From contig NW_021824623.1 of assembly GCF_006345805.1 (NCBI RefSeq), positions 1 to 17,771 on the forward strand: DNA of 17,771 bases, given 5' to 3'. The first letter of the stretch is position 1, and each line of letters opens with the position of its first letter. This DNA is from Octopus sinensis. Lineage: Eukaryota. The position numbers were made by a program, and so were the translations under genes. Below, piece after piece: positions 9,082 to 17,771 of the stretch. Under the pieces are notes generated by a model, which did not search any database, was not told the origin of the DNA, and was given only the letters and a program-made list of their open reading frames with translations.

Positions 9082-9870
9082 GGTGTACCTGTTTTGAAGT
9101 CCTGTTTTAGGACAACATAAACCATTCCTGTAGGTCGATCTTTATTAATGTGCTAGTGATACGTCTGGTGTTTCTAGGATGTATTTATCCAGTTACTGCT
9201 AAAATGTCATGCAGACTCCGATTCCATTTCTTTCGGAATAATGTTGAATCATTCAGGACCACTGGAGGCAAAAAAAGAAAAAAAAGGAATTTCTTTCGTA
9301 ATATTGTTAGCGGAAATGAGTTCGATTTTTGTTGGGTGCGTATGGCTCTGGGCCCCATCCTAGGTTAACTTGTAAACTTGATACCGATATCTTTTGGACA
9401 ATGTTCAGGAGGTATTTCCCAAATTGTGTAAATGATAGAGCATTCACAGCGGTTCTGGATAGAAATATTTATACCCTTGTTAAGGCGGTAGCCGAGATCC
9501 TACAATCAAGGTCTGGCAACCCATTACTTTTATTTATTTTTTTTTCATATGACCCCTTTCTGGAGTGCTTCAGCTTTTTGTACAGTAAAGCTGTGTATAC
9601 GGAAACCCTAGTGGGACAGCAATATTCAAGGCAAACGCCGAGACGAGACAAATAATGGTATCAGGACCTCCTAAATAGAAATTTCTAATGATACATAAGT
9701 AATCCTTAATTGCATTCTGAGATCCTTAACAGCTTTCTTGTTGTGTGCGCTACAGCTTGGGCTGTAACTCACAGTTACACACAAGTCTGTTATTTGAGGC
9801 CCTAAGGAGCTCGCCCGAGGCAAGAGGATATGGCTGTTTAAGTATATTCTCTTTTCCATTAATTATATTC
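9068..9870 (-). pseudogene. Degraded coding-like stretch, probably a retroelement ORF C-terminus (Penelope GIY-YIG-like or L1/Tx1-like; unresolved)
   Basis: Non-repetitive block with long minus-strand runs broken by isolated stops and homopolymer frameshifts: ..SNGLPDLDCRISATALTRV*IFLSR..NIVQKISVSSLQVNLG..NRTHFR*..RKKWNRSLHDILAVTG*IHPRNTRRITSTLIKIDLQEWFMLS*NRTSKQVHQAVY*. Motif resemblance was judged by eye and is weak. Confidence 0.35.
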
Positions 9871-9878
9871 TCTTATAC

Positions 9879-10227
9879 CAGTGGTTCTGAACCGGTGCCC
9901 ATATGGCCCCTGAGGGTCCATATAAGATTTTTGGGGGTCCACACAACGAAATAGTAAATACAATAGTATTTTAATTGCCCCTGAAAAAATTTTGCCTTAA
10001 ATGTATTTATTACTATGTATTACAAAAAACAACAAAACACAACTAGGTTTCTTTCGCTAACATTTAGTTCGACCTCCTGCACAAGTTAATGGGAGAAAAA
10101 ATGGGAATTTTGAAAGAAGTTTCTATAATATTCGTTTATATACATTGATTGGATATGGGGGTCCACCAGAATAAAATAATAATCAAAGGGGACTATAGAT
10201 TAAAAAAAAAATTATTGCGAAAACCTG
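9879..10227. mobile_element. hAT-type MITE with perfect 8-bp TSD TCTTATAC
   Basis: TSD at 9871-9878 and 10228-10235. Left end CAGTGGTTCTGAACC, decayed right end TTGCGAAAACCTG. Three subterminal GGGTCCA motifs (~9913, ~9935, ~10158). Confidence 0.9.
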
Positions 10228-10504
10228 TCTTATACGGAAGCCTGTAAAAGAAAGCACCGAATTCTTTACTGTACAAGTAAATGCATTTTGAATACAATAC
10301 ACTTATGACTATATGTATGTATACATATATAGATGTGTATGTGTGTGTGTGTGCAAATGTATGTTTGTGTGCATTTATATTCTTAATTAATTTTTTAAAA
10401 CCAAAACAAGTTCGGAAGAAATTAATCGAACTAGTCGACGGTTAGTATAATTTATCTGGTATTTTAATGCGTTGTTAACTAACAACAGTTTTTTCTCTGA
10501 TTTC

Positions 10505-10538
10505 CTGAAGAAGAGGTCCTAAACTTGAAATTATAATA
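10505..10538 (+). ncRNA. Possible decayed minimal type I hammerhead ribozyme relic
   Basis: CTGAAGA-A-GAG[GTCCTAAA]CTT-GAAA with palindromic ATTATAAT and an AUA triplet. Stem I cannot be formed. Confidence 0.2.
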
Positions 10539-10694
10539 CCACACTTTGTTATTTTTTAATTAAAATAATTAAAACATTTATATATATTAGACAATGCTTC
10601 ATGAAGACTATGCTACTTTAATATACACACACATTTGTACATGTTGTATGTATATATATATAGATATATATATATATATGTATATATATATACA

Positions 10695-11038
10695 CACAGG
10701 AGTGACTGTGTGGTAAGTAGCTTGCTTACTAACGACATGTCTCTGGGTTCAGCCCCACTGCGTGGCACCTAGGGCAAGTGTCTTCTAGGAAACTGAAAGA
10801 AGCCCGTCCTGTATATATATATAATGTGTGTGTGTGTGTGTGTTTGTGTGTCTGTGTTTGTCCCACCAACATCGCTTGACAACCGATGCTGGTGTCTTTA
10901 CGACCCCGTAACTTAGCTGTTCTTCAAAATAAGTACTAGGCTTATAAAGAATAAGTCCTGGGGTCGATTTATGCGACTAAAGGCGATGCTCCAACATGGC
11001 CGCAGTAAAATGACTGAAACAAATACAAGAGTAAAGAG
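10695..11038 (+). mobile_element. Near-full-length tRNA-derived SINE family B (OK/OR group) with internal (TA)/(TG)n
   Basis: GGAGTGACTGTGTGGTAAGTAGCTTGC head, GGGTTCAGCCCC B-box, CTGCGTGGCACCTAGGGCAAGTGTC, CTGGGGTCGATTT core and CATGGCCGCAGT..ACTGAAACA end. Confidence 0.92.
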
Positions 11039-11618
11039 TAATATATATACACATGAGCGTCCAATAATACTATATTTGTTCCACGTCCTCGCGTTGTTGT
11101 GTTCTTTTGTGCTTTCTTGTTTGGATTAACTTTATATATATTTATATATACACACACACATATTTATATATATATGTATATATACATACACACATGTTTA
11201 TTTATATATATTATATACGCGCACATATAATGTATATATATATGTGTGTGTATATATATATACTCACATGTGTTTGTGTGTGTGTGTTTATAAAACTCTA
11301 CCGACATGATTTGGGACAATTTTGTAATAACATAATTTCTTCCTGTTTTTTTCTCTCTTCCCCCTCACTCCGTGACCACCCTCACTTATAAATTTCACAT
11401 GCTCACACACACCCTCCCTGGGACTGTAAAATAAGTAATATAAGGTATTAATAATAATCATTATTTAACTTCGGGTCCTTGGCCCCTTACCATCTTTCGT
11501 AGGGATATTGCGCCATCTCAGGGCAAAATAGCTTTATATAGAGCGTCTATGAATTAGTGTGTCGTAAATACTTTCTACAATGTTTCCCTTTTAGCAAATG
11601 AAGAAGTAGCAAAATATG

Positions 11619-11657
<39 letters not shown>

Positions 11658-11670
11658 TGATGATAATAAT

Positions 11671-11902
11671 GGATGGGTTACTCGACCAGAAGAAAATTCT
11701 AACTGGGCCCCACCTGCAAGGTCATGTGCTGTTTATCTTGATATGAGATCACCATGTCGTGCACATATGGTTGTGATGCATTAGCCTAGTGTACCCTTAT
11801 CAGACGGGTAGTTATGATGGGTATACTGGGCTTCGTATATTTTACCCCAGTGTCACTTTGATGGCATGCACTGTTTTCTTACTCAATAATAATAATAATA
11901 AT
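11671..11902 (+). mobile_element. 3' end of an octopus non-LTR retroelement with (AAT)n tail, inserted in (AAT)n
   Basis: Unique ~214 bp ending CTTACTC-(AAT)6, with (AAT)n also on the 5' side. I recall this sequence as an abundant Octopus repeat end; the clade is not assigned. Confidence 0.55.
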
Positions 11903-12034
11903 GGCACAAGGCCTGAAATTTGGGGGTAGGGGATTAGTCGATTACATTGATCTCAGTGCTCAACTGGTACTCAATTTATTGACCCCGAAAGGATGTAAGG
12001 TAAAGTCGACCTCGGCGGAATTTGAACACAGAAC

Positions 12035-12037
<3 letters not shown>
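11903..12037 (-). mobile_element. 5'-truncated SINE family A
   Basis: Reverse complement TTACGTTCTGTGTTCAAATTCCGCCGAGGTCGACTTTACC..GGGGTCAATAAATTGAGTACCAGTTGAGCACTG..GGCCTTGTGCC. Confidence 0.92.
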
Positions 12038-12069
<32 letters not shown>

Positions 12070-12579
12070 TTTTGGGTCTAATATTGAGCAGCAAAATATG
12101 TAAAAAATAGTCCTCGATATCTAAGGAAACTAGTTGTGACCCGGTATCTAGGGCATTGATTCTGAATGTAAAACATTCGTGCACACCATGAATAATAATA
12201 AGGATAAATAGAAAGTAGGATTTCCTGTAATTTACATTAAAAGTATTGTCACACACACCCACATGCGCGCGCGCTGAAACACCCTTGCGTATGTTCATGT
12301 ATGTTTATATGAACATGTATTTCGTATATTCCAATTAAACACACACATATTGCATATGCACATGTATACATGTATTAATACTTATATATATATATATATA
12401 TAATATATATATATATTATATATACGCGCACATTTATATATGCATATGTATATTATATAAGATTTGAAGTATATATAATAGTATATACATTTATTTACAC
12501 ATATATATATATATGTGTGTATATATATATGTGTGTGTGTGTGTATGAATTTCTGTGCGTATGACCGCATTGCTTCCTG

Positions 12580-12790
12580 GCGTATAGACTCAGCCTTTCT
12601 GGGCCTAAATCCACAAAAAAACCCCACATATTTAAAAACAGGATAAAGCCCCATTCCACCGCATTATGTCTGTGTTCCATAGGTTCACCTGCCTATGGCA
12701 CAGAAGTCTGTTACTCCCATAAAAGTTGAAAAAGATACCTTTCATTTCTTTCGCTCAACAAAAGGCTAAGAAACATAAAAATTGAAGTAT
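12580..12790 (+). pseudogene. Possible ancient RTE-like LINE fragment
   Basis: Translation ..GSPAYGTEVCYSHKS*KRYLSFLSLNKRLRNI loosely fits the LINE motif YGxExW..(L)xxF...LRxI. Eyeball match only. Confidence 0.2.
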
Positions 12791-13064
12791 AAATATTTTT
12801 TATGCAAAAATAAAATGACTTTCTGTGAGAATAGTAGTTTGTGACACTATTTCAGCTTTCAGTACTAAAACACTCTTCGTGTTTGTTTGGGATAAGCTAT
12901 ATTTGTGTAGGAACTTTCTTACTGATAAAATCCTATCCCACCAGATGTGATCCTTAGAAAATAAATTCATAGGCCGTTTCGTTAAATTGAGCCTTTTCTT
13001 CCAAATCCTTAAGTCATTTAATACATGTACTTGTCCTTTACTTAACGGTAATGCTTTATATACG

Positions 13065-13097
<33 letters not shown>

Positions 13098-13294
13098 GCA
13101 TTCCCAAATAATTTCGCGCTTTATTTTTGAAACTCCGATGAAGCTAGAGGGTGATACACGAGTACTCAAATATGAGTGCATCGTATTTTGTAGCAGAAAC
13201 AGTTGTAAGCTAATGAAGTTGATTGTCACGAGCTAAACTAAATGTCTGTCTTAAGGGGTGGTTATTTGGCTTGTCTACTCCTCTTCCCTTTTAC

Positions 13295-13700
13295 CTATCT
13301 ATCTATATATGTATATCTATATATGTATATAATACTATGTATATATATATGTATATATAATGTATGTATATATGTATATATATATGTATGTATATACATA
13401 TGTATGTATAATACATATGTATGTATATACATTAATATATACCATATGTATAATACATATACATATGTATATACATACATATGTATATATATATAATATG
13501 TATGTATATACATATATATATACATATGTATATATATACATATGTATATACATACATATGTATATATATTATATGTATGTATCTATGTATATATATACAT
13601 ATGTATATATATATTGTAGGTTATATATGTATGTATTCATATTATATATATATACATATGTATATATATATGTATATATATATAATAAATATATGTAATA
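13295..13700. repeat. (TA)n/(TATG/TACA) degenerate minisatellite
   Basis: Visible. It is the source of the MYIY ORFs. Confidence 0.93.
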
Positions 13701-13716
13701 TGTATGGGTTTTAAAT

Positions 13717-13820
13717 TTTGGCACAAGGAATTAGATCTTTGGGAAGGGACTAATCGTTGACATCAACCGCTGTGTTCAACTGGTAAATTATTTCATCGAC
13801 ACGGATGAAAGTTGAAGTCG
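13717..13820 (-). mobile_element. Diverged SINE family A fragment
   Basis: Reverse complement contains CGACTTCAACTTTCATCC..GTCGATGAAATAATTTACCAGTTGAACAC..GTTGATGTCAACGA..CCTTGTGCC. Confidence 0.75.
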
Positions 13821-13954
13821 TACAAAATACATCCTTTTAATTCTGTAAATGTGTCTTATTAATTAATGTAGTCAGTATTGTTTCGTCTTTTAAAATAATT
13901 CCTTATATAGAACATGATTACAACTCACAGACAGAGGCAAGAAAGCCCTCGCTA

Positions 13955-14115
13955 AACGGCTGCTGAAACTGCTAGAAATAGCAACAAAATCTCGTCTCTG
14001 TTCAAAGCTCTAGACAGTGTCCCATCAAAGGAATTATATTTTAGATATTTAGTTATTCAGTACACTATCCTTAAAGAAAAAAAAGACACGGTGGTGACCA
14101 CTAGAGTGTGGCATA
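13955..14115 (+). mobile_element. Diverged interspersed repeat (third family)
   Basis: CTGCTAGAAATAGCAAC..TACACTAT..GGTGACCAC..CATAGGT matches a recalled octopus repeat. It is loosely similar to the reverse complement of 16259-16330. Confidence 0.35.
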
Positions 14116-14194
14116 GGTAGAGTATAATATGATTAAAACAATTATGATTTTTTAAATGCAATTTTTTAATACTATAAATTTCTTGATAAAGAAA

Positions 14195-14252
14195 TGAGAT
14201 CAATCCCAGTGAAAGGCAACTTAAGTTTTCAACCTTCAAGGGGTCGATTAAT
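14195..14252 (+). mobile_element. Short diverged SINE family A fragment followed by (ATT)n (14289-14410)
   Basis: GAGATCAATCCC..TTTTCAACCTTCAAGGGGTCGATTAA. Confidence 0.5.
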
Positions 14253-14287
14253 ATTGCTCGTTTTACTCTAACTGCACACCCTTCCTG

Positions 14288-14324
<37 letters not shown>

Positions 14325-14371
14325 TTTATTATTATTATTATCATTATTATTTATCATAATTATTATTATTA

Positions 14372-14411
<40 letters not shown>

Positions 14412-14750
14412 GAACATATGACTTAGACTTGCTAGAATGTTTAGGCAAATTCTTGCGGTGTCTAAGTTTACGTTCCTTTCTCCGATGTGTCAAATTTTCA
14501 TAACCCTGTGTTCTACAAAATAACCTGAACATGTCAATTTCTAGAATCTATCCTGGAAATAATTTAACCAAAATAATTAAATCTAAATGTATTAAATTAA
14601 TTCTCATATGTTGGTTGAACCCCTGCATCTGTTGAAGGACCGAAAAGTCAGATTTCTCATCTATTACTGCAATTATTATTATTATTTTATTTTTTTGTCT
14701 AAATCCTCAGAAATTTTTAGTCCTTTTTTTTTATATAGTACCTAAACATA

Positions 14751-14903
14751 GATGCAGGCGTGGCTGTGTAGGAAGAAGTTTGCTTCCCAAACACATAATT
14801 CTGGGTTCAGAAATGTGGTCGATTCATTCGACCAAAATTCTTTAAGTCAGTACCCCAGCATGGCCGCAGTTTAATGGCTGAAATACGAAAACGATAGAAG
14901 ATA
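14751..14903 (+). mobile_element. SINE family B with large internal deletion
   Basis: The head GCAGGCGTGGCTGTGTAGGAAG..CTGGGTTCAG (to 14810) joins almost directly to the 3' part GGTCGATTCATTCGAC..CCCCAGCATGGCCGCAGT. Confidence 0.82.
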
Positions 14904-15180
14904 TAAACAGTAATTAATATTATTTCTATTCTCGCAGTCAAATTCCCAAACTTAGATTCTACGGATCTTAGCTTAGAATTATGAAATTTTGTCTTCTAAA
15001 TATTTTTTCTTGTCCGGGGCAGATTTTATCAAAGTTTTCTCTTTTCTTCTCTTTTACAAATTATTTATTCTTTAATATGTTTTTGAAATCTAATTCAAAT
15101 CTTATAGAGATTTAGTTGATGAAATATTTTGTTCAAAATAAAAATTAACAGAAAAAAAATGTTATGAGTAGTGTCAGAGG

Positions 15181-15317
15181 AAAGTGGCAGATTGCAGAAT
15201 CGCTAGGGTTGTATTTAGGTCTAAGTTCAAATCCCGCAGAGGTTAGCTTTGCCTTTAGTTACTCTGGACTCGAGAAAATGAGGACCCAGTCTAGCATCTG
15301 GGGCGTAAAATTGATTA
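15181..15317 (+). mobile_element. Diverged SINE family A
   Basis: TGCAGAATCGCTAG, AAGTTCAAATCCCGCAGAGGTTAGCTTTGCCTTT, CTGGGG. Confidence 0.65.
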
Positions 15318-15364
15318 TTACTGGTTAAGATTGCCGGACGAATCTGCTTAATATTGCTTGCATT

Positions 15365-15395
<31 letters not shown>

Positions 15396-15568
15396 TCTAT
15401 TATATATATATATATATATAAATAATGTAAAGTATAATAGCCATCTCAATATGGCTAACCGCAATGGTGGGTGTTACTGTAATTTGTGGTTAGCCATATT
15501 GAGATGGCTATTATACTTTACATTGTCGAGCGGTTACTGTTTACATCTCGTTTAGAGATTTATTATTG

Positions 15569-15616
<48 letters not shown>

Positions 15617-15913
15617 GTATATACAGGTCGCTACTGCCCAAGAAAATACTCTGCCCTAATCACCATTGTGACCAAATTTTTTCTTAACTGTAAAAGATCA
15701 TTCAGCGTTGAAATGTCACACGTTTTTAGGGATCAATAAAATTGATTATCATTGGATGAGATTGCCGGAGGAATCTGCTTAGTGTTGTTTGCATTTTCAT
15801 ATCTCTAAGGTGGCTGCTACCCTGGAAAATATTCTGCCCTAATCACCATTGTGAACAAAGAATTTCTTAACAATAAAAGTTTACTTGGCGGTGAAATGTC
15901 ACACACATTTTTT
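15307..15913 (+). repeat. Tandem duplication of a ~175-bp unit; copy 1 (15307-15727) is interrupted by a (TA)n-palindrome-(TA)n cassette, copy 2 (15738-15913) is uninterrupted
   Basis: Shared AAAATTGATTAT..GATTGCCGGA.GAATCTGCTTA..TTGCATTT and GAAAATA.TCTGCCCTAATCACCATTGTGA..TTCTTAAC..TGAAATGTCACAC. Confidence 0.9.
15424..15524. repeat. Perfect 37-bp inverted repeat (15424-15460 / 15488-15524)
   Basis: AATGTAAAGTATAATAGCCATCTCAATATGGCTAACC and its exact reverse complement. It extends about 4 bp further through a G-T pair. Confidence 0.97.
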
Positions 15914-15944
15914 TAAATTCTTTCACTGAGCAAGACTCAGTTTG

Positions 15945-16070
15945 ACAGAAGAATAAAATCTGTAGAGCATCGAAAAACTTGTGATATTTTCTCACGTCTC
16001 TTCAAGTTGTGAGTTCAGATTCGTTCCCAGATCTCTTTCATGATTTCCAAAGTTGATTTAATAAATTAAC
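15945..16070 (+). mobile_element. Highly diverged SINE family A-like relic
   Basis: TGACAGAA..TAGAGCATCGAAAAACTTGTGATATTT..GTGAGTTCAGATTC. Confidence 0.45.
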
Positions 16071-16258
16071 ATTGTACTATGATACGACTTTAAATTTATA
16101 TACTGTGGTCATCAAACTCTGAAATAGAAGGCAGTTTCTCGGTTCCAAATACCGGTGATGTAATGCGCTATTAAGGTTCCGTCCAAATGTACAATGTCTT
16201 TTTTTAAACATTTATCCAATTGCGTTAATACCGAGAAATAAAATAATTTATTAATTCA

Positions 16259-16330
16259 TTGTTGTAGTTTAGCTTGGGGAGAATGAAATGATCGAATGAT
16301 CAAAAGCATTCCAGTTGTGGCCATCACGCC
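16259..16330 (-). mobile_element. Diverged 3' end of the third repeat family
   Basis: GTTGTAGTTTAGC..ATGATCAAAAGCATTCCAG..GGCCATC, from recall of an (AAC)n-tailed octopus repeat. Confidence 0.35.
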
Positions 16331-16548
16331 TTGATGTTTGTGTGTGCATGTATGTGTGTAATATATGCGTATATCTATGTATACGTGCATGTATGTATTT
16401 TTATAATAGATAGGTAGATTGATAGATAAATAGATAGATAGATAGATAGGAAAGTAGATAGATAGATAGATGGATGGATAGATAGAATAATTACAGGAAT
16501 CAATAAAATGCCGCAGAAACAGCTGTTAATTTTGAACCTCAATTGTGT

Positions 16549-16649
16549 TCATATATATATATATATGTATGTATGTATGTATGCATGTCATATATATATA
16601 TATATGTATGTATTATATATATAATATATATATATATATGTATGTATAT

Positions 16650-16696
<47 letters not shown>

Positions 16697-16747
16697 ATAT
16701 ATATATAGTATATATATATATATATATATATATTATTATATATATAA
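16549..16747. repeat. (TA)n/(TATG)n microsatellite
   Basis: Visible. Confidence 0.93.
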
Positions 16748-17136
16748 CTTGCCGGAAGACACTGAGGCAAATTATATTTTTACCAGGTATATATTTACAA
16801 ACGTCTGTGCGTGTATGTAAATGTGTTTGTGTATGTATATACATATATGTTGTAGAATATGATTCAAGTTGATTTACTTTGGTATTCTTCGAATTTTATG
16901 AAACTTCCTCATTAACTCAAAAACTTTTTAGTTCTTTATTGGCTTTTTTTAAAAATATTTTTGCGTTTTCTGTTAATTAAGATATTCATTATTTCTCACT
17001 ATTTTCCTAATTTTTTGAATTATGGAATATGTATGAAAAAAAATTTAAAATTTCATATACAGACATACGTATACACGATATATTTGTATTTGGAGGATTA
17101 GAAATGTGCGTGTGGATGTTTGTATATTCATGCATC

Positions 17137-17142
17137 TGTTGT

Positions 17143-17189
<47 letters not shown>

Positions 17190-17196
17190 AGAGAGA
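17137..17196. repeat. (GT)n(GA)n compound microsatellite
   Basis: Visible. Confidence 0.95.
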
Positions 17197-17468
17197 GAAT
17201 AAACTATGTATATATGTATGCATGGCCGTGTGTGGGTGACACTTGTTGCTTAGTCCCATGTTACCTCTGACTATTTAAACTTTTGAACCTAAGACCTAAA
17301 ACATAACAGTCGTTTCCGACAGGTATTTGCCTTTATTATGCCTTTAAACACAAATGTATTTAAGACTACATAATCTAATGATTCCTTACTTCAATAGAGA
17401 ATAAATTGAAAGATACCTTTTTATTATTATCATCATCATCATCTTTATCATTATTATTATTATTATTA

Positions 17469-17498
<30 letters not shown>

Positions 17499-17500
<2 letters not shown>

Positions 17501-17699
17501 GCGGCGAACTGACACGAACTGACATCGTAAGCACGCCGGGTGAGATGCTTATCGTCCGTCTTAACGCTCCAAGTTCAAATTCCGCCGAGGTTGACTTTGC
17601 CTGTCATCCTTTCAGGGTCGATGAAACATTGGGGTCGATGTAACTGACTTAACCCGTCCCTACAAATTTCGGGCCTTATGCTTTTAGTAGAAAAGATTG
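17499..17699 (+). mobile_element. Full-length SINE family A with small internal duplication and deletion
   Basis: AAGCGGCGAACTGACACGAACTGACATCGTAAGCACGCCGGG head, AAGTTCAAATTCCGCCGAGG, GGGGTCGATGTAA and GGGCCTTATGCTTTTAGTAGAAAAGATT end. Confidence 0.92.
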
Positions 17700-17771
17700 T
17701 TATTGCTATTATTATTATTATCATCATCATCATCATCATCTTTATCATTATTATTATTATTATTATTATTA

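Noticed and set aside
9190-9290. Strong-looking minus acceptor (T8CT7GCCTCCAG) opening VLNDSTLFRKKWNRSLHDILAVTG*
   Set aside because: The same frame resembles the surrounding degraded ORF on both sides, and the pyrimidine tract is better explained as homopolymer expansion in a relic.
11608-12100. AGCAAAATATG direct repeat (11608-11618, 12090-12100) as a TSD of the LINE+SINE composite
   Set aside because: The right copy is ~20 bp away from the junction, and an 11-mer AT-rich match is plausible by chance.
14347-14532. Minus ORF GYENLTHRRKERKLRHRK..poly-N
   Set aside because: About 45 unique codons is within chance for six frames. It ends in a microsatellite and has no supporting exon context.
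17219-17265. GCATGGCCGTGTG.. as a SINE family B head
   Set aside because: Too short and diverged, with no B-box.

Overview
AT-rich eukaryotic DNA saturated with microsatellites. It is almost certainly a coleoid cephalopod (octopus), judged from my recall of two tRNA-derived SINE families typical of Octopus. There is no prokaryotic content, CRISPR array or confidently nameable protein gene, and nearly all listed ORFs are translations of simple repeats. The window holds about 15 SINE copies or fragments, four DNA-transposon MITEs (one with a perfect 8-bp TSD), a LINE-like 3' end and a degraded retroelement-like ORF (~9023-9870). A SINE-free block at ~2720-5560 probably contains a plus-strand first coding exon (800-nt ATG-free leader, ATG 4728, MTETQAK, GTAAGT donor at 4750). 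If so, the remaining 13 kb is a first intron. The most unusual structures are: (i) a nested 37-bp perfect palindrome cassette inside (TA)n, with an empty-site paralog next to it (15307-15913); (ii) a ~60-bp element in three copies with a covarying hairpin followed by GAAAC, resembling half a hammerhead ribozyme, one copy contiguous with the degraded ORF; (iii) a SINE flanked by a duplicated compound microsatellite about 50 bp long. All family assignments come from reading and recall, not from database searches.
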